Shown piece after piece: positions 55,008 to 64,000 of a DNA stretch of 64,000 nucleotides (its first letter is position 1; each line of letters begins with the position of its first letter). The stretch comes from Candidatus Aenigmatarchaeota archaeon (GTDB lineage: Archaea > Aenigmatarchaeota > Aenigmatarchaeia > CG10238-14 > SpSt-28): NCBI GenBank assembly GCA_018920305.1, contig JAHLMO010000001.1:101926-165925 (forward strand). The letters run 5' to 3'. The notes under the pieces were generated by a model that searched no databases, was not told the origin of the DNA, and was given only the letters and a program-made list of their open reading frames with translations. Both the position numbers and the translations under genes were made by a program.

Positions 55008-56876
55008 ATGGCAAATTCATATATTTTAGCGGATAAAGGAGTTTTTTTCCATAGATTTATTAATGGCGAATTTCTAACGAAATGGTGTGGTCTATGGAAT
55101 AAGAATAAGAAATACTTAGAATATTTTGCTATAAGAATAAATGATGATTGGTTATCTAGGGAAAATCAAGTTGGTTTTGTTAAAGGAATTAATTATGTTG
55201 TTCATTTTTATGAAACAAACGATTTTTTAATAAAAGAAAGAATTAAATTAAAAGACTCACTTATTATTTCTTTGAGAATTTTAAACAAAACGTTAAACAC
55301 TAAGAATTTTAGATTATTTTTAGAATTTGCTGTAAACTTTAGAAATTTTGATGAAGGAATTGTAGAAAAAGATTATAGAACAGAATATTATGAAAATTCA
55401 GTTAAAATTAGCGATAATGAAAGAAGTTTGATTTTTAAAAGTAGTAAAAATGGAATTTTTATTGGAAACGAATTCTATAAAGTTCATTATCCGAGTAATC
55501 AAGCTTTTAAATGTTTTTTACCTAAAAGCTTCGTTATTTACGATTTTATAGATAATGTTTATAGAGTAGATTTTTTCTTTTTAATAGACAAAAAATATAA
55601 TAATTTTTCTGAAAAGTCAGGTAAATCAAGTAAAAGTAAAAGTTATAACAATTTGTTATTAAAAAACAAACTAGAAACTAATATAGAATTTATCAATGAT
55701 TTATATAAAATAGCTATATTAAATTTAAAAAGTTGCTACGATGGAAACTCTTTTATTGCTGGATATCCATGGTTTGCATATTATTGGTCTAGAGACACAG
55801 CTTTTTCGATAATTGGAGCTTCTTTAACTTCTATGCAAAACTATGCTAAAAATTCTTTAATATTTTTCTTTAAATATTTCGAAGATAAATTTCCAAATTT
55901 TATATTAGAGAATAAAGTTGCTTATAATACGAAAGATTCATTACCTTTATTTATTATTGCTTTATATGAATACTTTAAAAATTCTGGAGATATTGAAATT
56001 ATAAAATTATTGAAAAATAAGCTAATAAAATCTTTAGATTGGTATAGAAAAAATTCTAGCGATCATGGCTTTATTTATAGCGAATCTAATGAAACATGGA
56101 TGGATACGATAAATAGAGAAGGATATAATTTGGAAATTCAAGTTTTTTGGTATTATGCTTTGAAGTGTTTATCTAAATTCTTTGAAATTTTAAATTTAAA
56201 AGAGTTAGAAAATTTATCGAAAATCTATTCTCAAAAACTAAAAGAAAACATTTTGAAATATTTTTTGAAAAACAATGTTTTTGTTGATAATTTAAAAACT
56301 AATAAAATAACTATAAATTCTATTTTTCCTTTCGTTTTTGGAATTACTAGAGATAAAGAAATATTTGAAAATGTAGAAAATCATTTAAAAGAAGAATATG
56401 GATTTCTAAGTTTATCTAAATACGATAATGAATTTAATGAAAGCGAATATCATAAAGGAGCGAGTTGGTATCATTTAAATGCATTAGTTTCTTATGTTTA
56501 TTTTGAGTTAGGAGAATTTGAAAAGGGTTTAGAAATGTTGAAAAATTTGTATGAATTAAAAGATGCATATTGTAAAGATTGTTTAATAGAAGTATATAAT
56601 GCAAAGAATAAAAGTATAATGATTAAAAAACCTATTGGAATCGAAGAAACTTCATATTTACAAGCTTGGAGCGCAGCTAATATTATCTATGCTATTCAAA
56701 AGGGAATATTAGGATTAGATGTAAATATTAGTTCAATTTCTCTAAAGCCTTATATTAATTTTAGTATAAATAGAAAAATAGGAAATGATATAGTAAGAAT
56801 AACTTATTTCAATAATAAAATTTCCTATAGCAGTTTAAAGAACAAAAAATACAGAATATTACTTAAATATATTTGA
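55008..56876 (+). CDS. Amylo-alpha-1,6-glucosidase / glycogen-debranching-enzyme (GDE C-terminal domain) family glycoside hydrolase.
   Basis: Signature AGYPWFAYYWSRDTAFSIIG (GDE-type GYPWF...RDT). The (alpha/alpha)6-barrel region shows the WYH/EXW pattern. 622 aa. Confidence 0.6.
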   Translation: MANSYILADKGVFFHRFINGEFLTKWCGLWNKNKKYLEYFAIRINDDWLSRENQVGFVKGINYVVHFYETNDFLIKERIKLKDSLIISLRILNKTLNTKNFRLFLEFAVNFRNFDEGIVEKDYRTEYYENSVKISDNERSLIFKSSKNGIFIGNEFYKVHYPSNQAFKCFLPKSFVIYDFIDNVYRVDFFFLIDKKYNNFSEKSGKSSKSKSYNNLLLKNKLETNIEFINDLYKIAILNLKSCYDGNSFIAGYPWFAYYWSRDTAFSIIGASLTSMQNYAKNSLIFFFKYFEDKFPNFILENKVAYNTKDSLPLFIIALYEYFKNSGDIEIIKLLKNKLIKSLDWYRKNSSDHGFIYSESNETWMDTINREGYNLEIQVFWYYALKCLSKFFEILNLKELENLSKIYSQKLKENILKYFLKNNVFVDNLKTNKITINSIFPFVFGITRDKEIFENVENHLKEEYGFLSLSKYDNEFNESEYHKGASWYHLNALVSYVYFELGEFEKGLEMLKNLYELKDAYCKDCLIEVYNAKNKSIMIKKPIGIEETSYLQAWSAANIIYAIQKGILGLDVNISSISLKPYINFSINRKIGNDIVRITYFNNKISYSSLKNKKYRILLKYI

Positions 56877-56891
56877 GTTTGTTTATGAATT

Positions 56892-58376
56892 ATGTATGAA
56901 GATTTAATAAAAGCTGTAAATAATTTTTTAGAGGCAAATGTTGTAGAAAAAGGAAAAAAAGAAGATAAATATTTTGTTGATTTTGATTGCAGAGTTTTAT
57001 ACAAAGATGATATAGAAAAAATTCAAAAGTATTTAGATGAAAATTCGAAATTTCATTATGTAATACTTTCTTTCTCTTCTTCTTTTTCTAAATCTTTAAA
57101 TAAAGCAACACAAAGAATTTATTTTAAAGTTTTTGAAACTAAAGAAGAAAAGGAAAAATTTTTAAAAGAATTAGAAGAGGCAAAAAAAAGAGATCATAGA
57201 TATTTAGGAGAAAAATTAGATATTTTTCATATTGAAGAAGAAATAATTGGTAGTGGATTGCCTTTATTTCATTTCAACGGAGCAATAATAATAGATGAAT
57301 TAAAAAAACTGATCAAAGAAGTTAATAATAGATTAGGCTATAGAGAAGTAATTACTCCACATATCTCTAAAACATTTTTATGGAAATTAAGTGGTCATTA
57401 CGAAAAATATAAAGATAGAATATTTTTAATTCAAGAGGATGATGAAGAATTTGGATTAAAACCAATGAACTGTCCTATGCATTTAATGATATTTAAGTCT
57501 AGAGTTAGAAGTTATAGAGATTTACCTTTTAGAATTGCTGAATTTGCTACAGTTTATAGAAGAGAACAAAGTGGAGAATTGCATGGATTAACTAGAGTTT
57601 GGAGTATAACGCAAGATGATCATCATTGTGTATTATCTATGGAACATCTAAAAGATGAAATTAAAAGAATTATTAATGAAATAATTAATGTTTATAAAAT
57701 TTTTGGTTTAGATGTTAAATTTAATTTATCTACAAGACCAGAAAATTTTATCGGAAATTTAGAGGATTGGGAATTTGCTGAAAAAACTCTAAGAGAAATA
57801 TTAGAAGAATTGAATGTAAAATACGAAATAAAAGAAAAAGAAGGCGCCTTCTATGGTCCAAAAATTGATATAGATGTTAAGGATGCATTTAATAGATATT
57901 GGCAATTAGCGACAATTCAATTAGATTTTAACATGCCAAGAAGATTAGATATAACTTATGTTGATAAAGATAATAAAGAAAAATATCCAATAATGATTCA
58001 TTTTGCTATTCTAGGCTCTTTTGAAAGATTTGTTGGTATAATTTTGGAACACTTTGCTGGCAAGTTACCATTATGGTTAGCTCCAATTCAAGTTAGTATT
58101 TTGCCATTATCTGAAAAATATGAAGAAGAAGCAAAAAAACTTTTCGAAGAATTAACAAAAGAAAATATAAGAGCAGAAATATTAAGCGAAGGTACAATAG
58201 AATATAGAGTTAGAGATGCTGAAACAAGATATATACCATATATAATAGTTATAGGAAAAAAGGAGATAGAATCTGGTAATTTAACTATAAGATATAGAGG
58301 TACTTTATTTTCTATGAATAAAGAAGAGTTTAAAAGCAAAATTATAGAAAAAATTAGAAATAGGGAAAGAGATTAA
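56892..58376 (+). CDS. thrS: Threonyl-tRNA synthetase, catalytic and anticodon-binding part only (ThrRS-cat). The N-terminal editing domain is missing.
   Basis: Class II core with GLKPMNCPMH (ThrRS zinc site), FRIAEFATVYRRE (motif 2), GAFYGPKID and the C-terminal anticodon-binding domain. 494 aa, about 130 aa shorter than fused archaeal ThrRS. Confidence 0.85.
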   Translation: MYEDLIKAVNNFLEANVVEKGKKEDKYFVDFDCRVLYKDDIEKIQKYLDENSKFHYVILSFSSSFSKSLNKATQRIYFKVFETKEEKEKFLKELEEAKKRDHRYLGEKLDIFHIEEEIIGSGLPLFHFNGAIIIDELKKLIKEVNNRLGYREVITPHISKTFLWKLSGHYEKYKDRIFLIQEDDEEFGLKPMNCPMHLMIFKSRVRSYRDLPFRIAEFATVYRREQSGELHGLTRVWSITQDDHHCVLSMEHLKDEIKRIINEIINVYKIFGLDVKFNLSTRPENFIGNLEDWEFAEKTLREILEELNVKYEIKEKEGAFYGPKIDIDVKDAFNRYWQLATIQLDFNMPRRLDITYVDKDNKEKYPIMIHFAILGSFERFVGIILEHFAGKLPLWLAPIQVSILPLSEKYEEEAKKLFEELTKENIRAEILSEGTIEYRVRDAETRYIPYIIVIGKKEIESGNLTIRYRGTLFSMNKEEFKSKIIEKIRNRERD

Positions 58377-58415
58377 AGATTTAAATATTTTTTTGTATTA
58401 TTATATTAAAATAAT

Positions 58416-59570
58416 ATGTTCCTAATCTTTGATCCAATATTTTTGATATTAGCAATCTTTGGATATGTGATAATGCTTATCTTAGCTGCTTATATAGCTC
58501 CGAGAGTTGCAAATAAATTTGCTGGCAAATTCTCTTTATACACATCTATGTTTATCCTAGGTGCTATGATTATATTCTCTTTTAGTCTTGTAATTATTAT
58601 CGTTATTTATGCGATAAATTCTTTATATGGTCAATTTGGGCCAGAATTTTTATCTTCGCTATTTTTGAATGTTGCTATCTTAGTTTTTATAAGTAATGTA
58701 ATAATGTATCTACTATCGCCGCTAATAATAAATTTCTTATACGGTGCAAAAGAAGATAGCAGAATACAGAAATTAGTAGATGAAGTTAAAGAAAAGCTGA
58801 ATTATAAAGGAAAAATAAAAGGTATGATAACTACCAATTTTAATTTACCTAACGCTTTTGCATATGGTAATTTTATTTTCGGTAAATATGTGGCTGTAAC
58901 TCCTGGAATGTTAAATCTAGTAAACGAAAAAGAACTAAGAGCAGTTATAGGACATGAAATAGGACATCATATGCATAGGGATAATGCTATAATGCTCCTT
59001 TTTGGATTAATACCTTCTATACTATACTTTTTGGGATATTCTTTAATAAGAACTTCAATGTTTTCTGCTTCTGAAAGAGATTCTATGGTAGGTATAATTC
59101 CATTAGTTCTTGGTATATTTGTTGTTGCAATGTCATTTATAATTCAGATATTAGTTTTAGCGTTTAGTAGATTAAGAGAATATTTTGCAGATATAGAGGG
59201 TGCAAAGTCTGCTGGAAAGCTAAGCATGCAAACTTCCCTTGCTAAATTACATTACTATTATCGAGCAAATCTAGAAGCTTTAGAAGAATTAAAAGATAAT
59301 AAGACAAAAACTCTATTAGTATATGCATTTACACAAGCGCTAGCAAATCCTATTGCAGATATGGATGATATACTCGATAGTTTAGATACAGATTCTGATA
59401 AAGAAGAAAAGAAGAAGAAGAAAAAGGAAAAGAAGAAAGAAAAAATTAAAGACATAGAGAAAAAGCTGGAAGAAATAAAAAATAGTGAAGTATCATCAAT
59501 AGAAGAATTTTTATCTACACATCCACCAATCCCAAAAAGATTAAGATTTTTAGATACTTTACCATATTAA
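58416..59570 (+). CDS. htpX: HtpX-like M48 zinc metalloprotease with a Lys/Glu-rich C-terminal low-complexity tail.
   Basis: HEIGHHMH (HExxH) between TM helices. A second acidic ligand block EYFAD. Tail EEKKKKKKEKKKEKIKDIEKK. Confidence 0.75.
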   Translation: MFLIFDPIFLILAIFGYVIMLILAAYIAPRVANKFAGKFSLYTSMFILGAMIIFSFSLVIIIVIYAINSLYGQFGPEFLSSLFLNVAILVFISNVIMYLLSPLIINFLYGAKEDSRIQKLVDEVKEKLNYKGKIKGMITTNFNLPNAFAYGNFIFGKYVAVTPGMLNLVNEKELRAVIGHEIGHHMHRDNAIMLLFGLIPSILYFLGYSLIRTSMFSASERDSMVGIIPLVLGIFVVAMSFIIQILVLAFSRLREYFADIEGAKSAGKLSMQTSLAKLHYYYRANLEALEELKDNKTKTLLVYAFTQALANPIADMDDILDSLDTDSDKEEKKKKKKEKKKEKIKDIEKKLEEIKNSEVSSIEEFLSTHPPIPKRLRFLDTLPY

Positions 59571-59577
59571 AGCATTT

Positions 59578-60744
59578 ATGTTTAAAGATGAAAAGATAAG
59601 TAAGTTTATCTTAGAAAACAAGATAGAAATAGAAAATATAAAACCTCTTTGTAAGCATTTTGAAAAATGTGGCGGATGTATATTTCAAAACATTTCATAT
59701 AGAACAGAAAAAGAAATTAAATTAAAGATTGCTGAAAAAAATCTAAATTTTATAAATAATTTGAAATTAACTTTCTTTGAAAGTAAAAAAAGAATATACT
59801 ATAGAAATAGGATGGATTATTCTATTGTTAGAAAAGATAACGATATATTAATAGGTTTGAAAGAATATGGAAAATGGTATGAAGTAGTAAATTTAGATGA
59901 ATGCTATTTACTTAGCGAAGAAACAAGCGAAATATTAAAAAGAACTAAAGATTTTATTATAAAAAATAATTTAGAGGCATATGATTTAATAAATAAAACT
60001 GGTAACGTAAGATATATAGTAATAAGAGAAGGTAAAAATACTAAAAAAAGATTAATTTCAATAATAGTAAAAGAAAGCTTTCCTATTGAAAAGTATTCAG
60101 AAGAAATGAAAGATATGGCAAATTCTTTTGTTCTAGCTATAAATGATACATTAGCTGATGTATCTTTTGGAAGAATCGAAAAATATATTGGAGAAACATT
60201 TAGTGAAAAAGTTTTAGATAAAGAATTTATAATTCCTCCGTTTTCATTTTTTCAATCAAATACTGAAATGGCTGAAATTATGATTAAAGAAGCTAAGGAA
60301 TTTTTAGATGGTAAATCTTTAGCAGATTTATATTGTGGCGTAGGATTATTTGGAATAAGTTTTGCTGAGAATTTTGAAGAGATTATTGGAGTTGAAATAG
60401 ATAAAGAAGCTATAAAAGCGGCAAAATTAAATTCTATTATTAATGGAATAAAGAACGCTAGTTTTGTTGAAGCCAAAGTTGAAGATAAAATAAAAGATAT
60501 TAAAAGCGATTTTATAGTTGTTGATCCACCAAGAGCTGGTTTATCTAATAAAGTTATAAAAGGAATTATAAGTAATAAAAATATAAAGAAAATTCTTTAT
60601 TATTCTTGTAATATAGAAACTTTTGCTAGAGATTTGAAAAAACTTTCTAAAAACTTTAAAATACATGAAAACATAAAAATTTTTGATCAGTTTCCTTTAA
60701 CTAAGCATTTTGAGCTTCTTGCTTTTCTAGAGAGAGAAGAATAA
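59578..60744 (+). CDS. RNA (uracil-5-)-methyltransferase, TrmA/RumA (RlmD) family.
   Basis: N-terminal Cys cluster (CKHFEKCGGC). SAM motif I DLYCGVGLFG. Catalytic DPPRAG. C-terminal nucleophile Cys region (YYSCN). Confidence 0.7.
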   Translation: MFKDEKISKFILENKIEIENIKPLCKHFEKCGGCIFQNISYRTEKEIKLKIAEKNLNFINNLKLTFFESKKRIYYRNRMDYSIVRKDNDILIGLKEYGKWYEVVNLDECYLLSEETSEILKRTKDFIIKNNLEAYDLINKTGNVRYIVIREGKNTKKRLISIIVKESFPIEKYSEEMKDMANSFVLAINDTLADVSFGRIEKYIGETFSEKVLDKEFIIPPFSFFQSNTEMAEIMIKEAKEFLDGKSLADLYCGVGLFGISFAENFEEIIGVEIDKEAIKAAKLNSIINGIKNASFVEAKVEDKIKDIKSDFIVVDPPRAGLSNKVIKGIISNKNIKKILYYSCNIETFARDLKKLSKNFKIHENIKIFDQFPLTKHFELLAFLEREE

Positions 60745-61093
60745 ATATTTACTATTTAGTAATAATTATGAGGACAAAAGAATTAATTAATCTCTTACTT
60801 ATGAAATAGGCCATATACACTTGTTGCATGCGAAAAAAATAATGATATACTAATTATTCTTGGAGGACTAATTTTTACTTTAGTATTTTAACTTTTGGAA
60901 AAGAGTTTTATATTTTATCACTATCTATTTCTTTTCTTTTAGCTCTAGAAGATTTAAGTCTTTTCGTTAACACTTATTATATAATAATTTTTTCTTCTAT
61001 ACTTTCTTTTTTTGGATATTTAAGATTTTTTGAAAATGTAAACAAAAAGAAATATAAATAAGTTTTGTTATTTGTTTTTTGTATTTTTCGAAT

Positions 61094-62374
61094 TTATGTT
61101 TTTTCTTTATAACTTAGACCAAAAAGAGTTTTAACTTTTTGTCTAGTTTCTTTATAATTAACTATAGGCGGAAAATATCCTGGTATTCTATAAGTTATGG
61201 GATCGTGCAAATAAATACAAGGGACATCTTTTAATTCTGGTATATAAGTTTTGATGTATTCACATTTTGGATCTAATTCCTTGGATTGTTTAACTGGGTT
61301 AAAAATTCTTATAGCATAATCTGTTCCTACAGAAGCTACCCATTGCCAATTTCCAACGTTTACAACTTCGTCATAATCTATAAGATGCTTACTGAAGAAT
61401 TTTTCTCCCAGGCGCCAATCTCCTCCTAAATCTTTTGTGAAAAAACTAGCTAGTAACATTCTAAGTCTGTTGTGAATCCATTTTTCTGATTTTAATTGTC
61501 TTATAGCAGCATCAATAATAGGATATCCAGTTTCTCCATTATAAAAAGCATCTAAGCATAAATTATCCCATTTTATATTTCTTCTATCTTCTCTAAGCTC
61601 TAAGTTGTTCATATACGGATATAAATTTTTTAATGCATACCAATATTCTCTCCAAGCAAGCTCTTTTACAAATTTTTCACTAATTTTGCCCAAATTATAA
61701 ATATGGCGTATCGATAATATACCAAATCTAATATATGGAGATAAGCGTGTAGATCCGTTTAAAAATTTTCTTAATTTTCTATACTTCGAAAAATCATATT
61801 TCAAAAATTTTTCTGCATCGTATGCATTAAATTTATTAATTTCGTATTTTAACTTCTTAGTTGCTTCTTGCCAAGTTGGTTCTTCTTTTGGATTAAGAAA
61901 TTTAACGTTAAATTTCCCTATAATTTCTAAATCTAGTTTTTCTTTCCATTTTTTGTAAAAACTCGAAAATGACCAAAAATTTTTTATTTTTCTAAAATCA
62001 GCTAAAAAATTATCGAAGATTTTAACAAATCTCACTTTTTTATTAATAGCCAGCGTTTCAACTTTTTTTAATCTTTCTTCCCCACTCCAAGTAAAGGCCT
62101 CAGCTGTAACAATTGCTTTTGGTTTATATTTTTCTATTAGATAATCAAAAATTTCTAAAGTCTTACCTACGTAAACTTTTAGTGGAATTTCTTCAGAAAG
62201 TTTTTGTAGTGCAGTTATTATAAAACCTAGTCTTAAATCGTAAGCTTCAAATTTATCGAGTATATCAGTATCTATAATAAATATTGGTAGTACTTCTCCC
62301 AATTTAGATGCTGCGTATAGAGCTCTATTATCATATACTCTAAGATCCCTTTTAAACCAAAATATGATTGTCAT
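61094..62374 (-). CDS. phr: DNA photolyase / cryptochrome-family flavoprotein.
   Basis: N-terminal FWFKRDLRVYDNRALY. FAD-binding blocks (TGYPIIDAAIRQL, HNRLRMLLASFF, NWQWVASVG). Start placed at MTIIFWF. The track's upstream 22 aa are hydrophobic and atypical. Confidence 0.75.
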   Translation of the reverse strand: MTIIFWFKRDLRVYDNRALYAASKLGEVLPIFIIDTDILDKFEAYDLRLGFIITALQKLSEEIPLKVYVGKTLEIFDYLIEKYKPKAIVTAEAFTWSGEERLKKVETLAINKKVRFVKIFDNFLADFRKIKNFWSFSSFYKKWKEKLDLEIIGKFNVKFLNPKEEPTWQEATKKLKYEINKFNAYDAEKFLKYDFSKYRKLRKFLNGSTRLSPYIRFGILSIRHIYNLGKISEKFVKELAWREYWYALKNLYPYMNNLELREDRRNIKWDNLCLDAFYNGETGYPIIDAAIRQLKSEKWIHNRLRMLLASFFTKDLGGDWRLGEKFFSKHLIDYDEVVNVGNWQWVASVGTDYAIRIFNPVKQSKELDPKCEYIKTYIPELKDVPCIYLHDPITYRIPGYFPPIVNYKETRQKVKTLFGLSYKEKT

Positions 62375-62662
62375 AAAAAATAATTGTATTATATGTATGT
62401 TAGAATAACTTGAAAGGGAGATAGAAATTATAGAAAGCATTATTATAGTAGTTTTGTTCGTGATTTCGATGTTTTTATTATTTATAAAATAATAGAAACC
62501 GCACTTTCAGAAGTTGGTATGTTCCTGATGATTGAATTCTTAGTGATATTTTCTGTTTTTGTTTACGTTTTGAGATAGATTAATAAAAATTCTGAATAAA
62601 ATTAGAAAATTTGAGCGAATCTCAATATAAAATAGGATAAAAAAATAAAACTATGAATTGGT

Positions 62663-62938
62663 TTGGGGAAGTCATACGAATTTTATTTTAGTAAGATTAT
62701 GTATATGATTATGATAAAAAAGATAGAAAAAGAAATATATTCTTTAATAGGTATCTTCACGTTAGTTTTTATAGGAATTATTATGATTTATACTATTTAT
62801 CTGGTGTTGAAAGCTATATTTCCAGATTTAGATAATCTTACAAAAATAGTATTATTATCTATATTTATTGCTTTTATCTTTGTTATGAGAGATAGAATTT
62901 TAAAAATTCTGAATTTTGCAAAGAGCGAACGAAACTAA
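62663..62938 (+). CDS. Hypothetical small membrane protein.
   Basis: 91 aa with two predicted TM helices. The true start is probably internal (MYMIMIKK). Lies just upstream of the CRISPR leader. Confidence 0.25.
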   Translation: MGKSYEFYFSKIMYMIMIKKIEKEIYSLIGIFTLVFIGIIMIYTIYLVLKAIFPDLDNLTKIVLLSIFIAFIFVMRDRILKILNFAKSERN

Positions 62939-63096
62939 GTTTTCAAGAATAATGTAATTTTATTTATTTCTACTTCTATCGAAAAATACTTCTCTTTATT
63001 CCCTTAAATATTAAATAGAATCAAATCGAAAATATATATTTTTTGTTATAAATTTCGTATTCATAGTAGCGGTTTGTTTTTATATTATAAATTTTG

Positions 63097-63138
63097 TCGT
63101 GGATCTCCTAGCATTTTTCCATCTTTATAGATCCACGA
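63097..63138 (+). promoter_or_regulatory. 10-bp inverted repeat (TCGTGGATCT ... AGATCCACGA, 22-nt spacer) in the CRISPR leader, about 55 nt upstream of the first repeat.
   Basis: Read directly in the AT-rich leader. Confidence 0.4.
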
Positions 63139-63193
63139 TAACGATCTATTTATTTTTAATCCTAAAGATATAATATTATTGAGATTTACGCGA

Positions 63194-64000
63194 GTTAGAA
63201 TCAGACTAATGTAGGATTGAAAGTCATTTGCAAATCTCCACGCCCCATTTATTTTATTTAGTTAGAATCAGACTAATGTAGGATTGAAAGTCACTCAAAT
63301 ATTTAATATCAAAATCTTGCAAAATGTTAGAATCAGACTAATGTAGGATTGAAAGTTTCAATTTTCCCATTATTACCCCTTACTCCAGCAAGTTAGAATC
63401 AGACTAATGTAGGATTGAAAGAATTATTATCAATTATAAATTCGTTATTAATTTTTACTGTTAGAATCAGACTAATGTAGGATTGAAAGCTGAAATGTAT
63501 TGGTTTAATATTTTTATAGTTTTTTTGTTAGAATCAGACTAATGTAGGATTGAAAGATATTAAAAAACTCATTGCCAGCAAAAAACATACTCAAGTTAGA
63601 ATCAGACTAATGTAGGATTGAAAGTAAATATTTAATAAAAATATTATTTATTATGGTTTCTGGTTAGAATCAGACTAATGTAGGATTGAAAGAATTATTA
63701 TATCAAAATCTCTTATTTCTACATCTTTTATAGTTAGAATCAGACTAATGTAGGATTGAAAGAAAGTAAAAATTCATTATTTCCTTCTATTTTCATATTC
63801 GTTAGAATCAGACTAATGTAGGATTGAAAGTAACATTATCGTAATGTTATAATATTTAAAGATTTTTATGTTAGAATCAGACTAATGTAGGATTGAAAGG
63901 AATGTAAACGAAAGAATAAAAACGAAATTGATTGAAGTTAGAATCAGACTAATGTAGGATTGAAAGTTTTTCGTTTGGAGAATAAACATTTACGAAATTA
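63194..64000 (+). CRISPR. CRISPR array with 30-bp repeat GTTAGAATCAGACTAATGTAGGATTGAAAG. 12 complete repeats, spacers of 35-40 bp, and a 13th spacer truncated by the window end.
   Basis: Identical repeats start at 63194, 63261, 63326, 63392, 63460, 63527, 63595, 63663, 63733, 63801, 63870 and 63937, all read directly. The repeat ends in ATTGAAAG (the 8-nt crRNA 5' tag produced by Cas6 in type I/III systems). An AT-rich leader lies 5', so the array is transcribed on the plus strand. Confidence 0.95.

Noticed and set aside
58088-58339. 83-aa minus-strand ORF near the thrS 3' end
   Set aside because: Antisense shadow ORF within thrS.
60745-61093. Possible gene or pseudogene in the 349-bp gap before the photolyase
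   Set aside because: Only very short stop-interrupted ORFs (for example MRTKELINLLLMK*). Nothing comparable to the membrane-protein signal seen in the 40.3-40.9 kb pseudogene.

Overview
This window is a very AT-rich archaeal chromosome segment. It is archaeal because it carries EF-1alpha, family-B DNA polymerase, RadA, RPA, Hel308, Kae1/Bud32, Cbf5, Elp3, r-proteins S4e/L5/S14/L35Ae/L14e, an intron-containing tRNA, and tRNAs without an encoded CCA. Genes are tightly packed on both strands, consistent with a small-genome, probably thermophilic archaeon (inference). Content is mostly housekeeping. Replication and recombination genes are RPA, RadA, PolB, Hjc, Hel308 and TatD. Translation genes are IleRS, LeuRS, AsnRS, a split ThrRS, EF-1alpha, r-proteins, RNase Z, Cbf5, Kae1, Bud32, Elp3, LigT and seven tRNAs. 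There is an N-glycosylation locus (GT4, PAP2, AglB/STT3, a GT-C PMT-like protein) and a secreted S-layer-like protein. Two fused NTase-HEPN paralogs lie in tandem. A DUF87/HerA-like ATPase is translationally coupled to a TatD nuclease. A 30-bp-repeat CRISPR array runs off the 3' end of the window. Non-coding signals include an intron in tRNA-Gln, a 73-nt GC-rich structured element, a 16-bp perfect palindrome plus mini-uORF directly upstream of the S-layer gene, six tandem 20-21-bp repeats next to an AT-hook protein, and a decayed MFS-transporter pseudogene. A zinc-type uS14 gene absent from the ORF track was recovered by eye. The ORF track accepts TTG/GTG starts, so several CDS starts were adjusted to the nearest plausible ATG.
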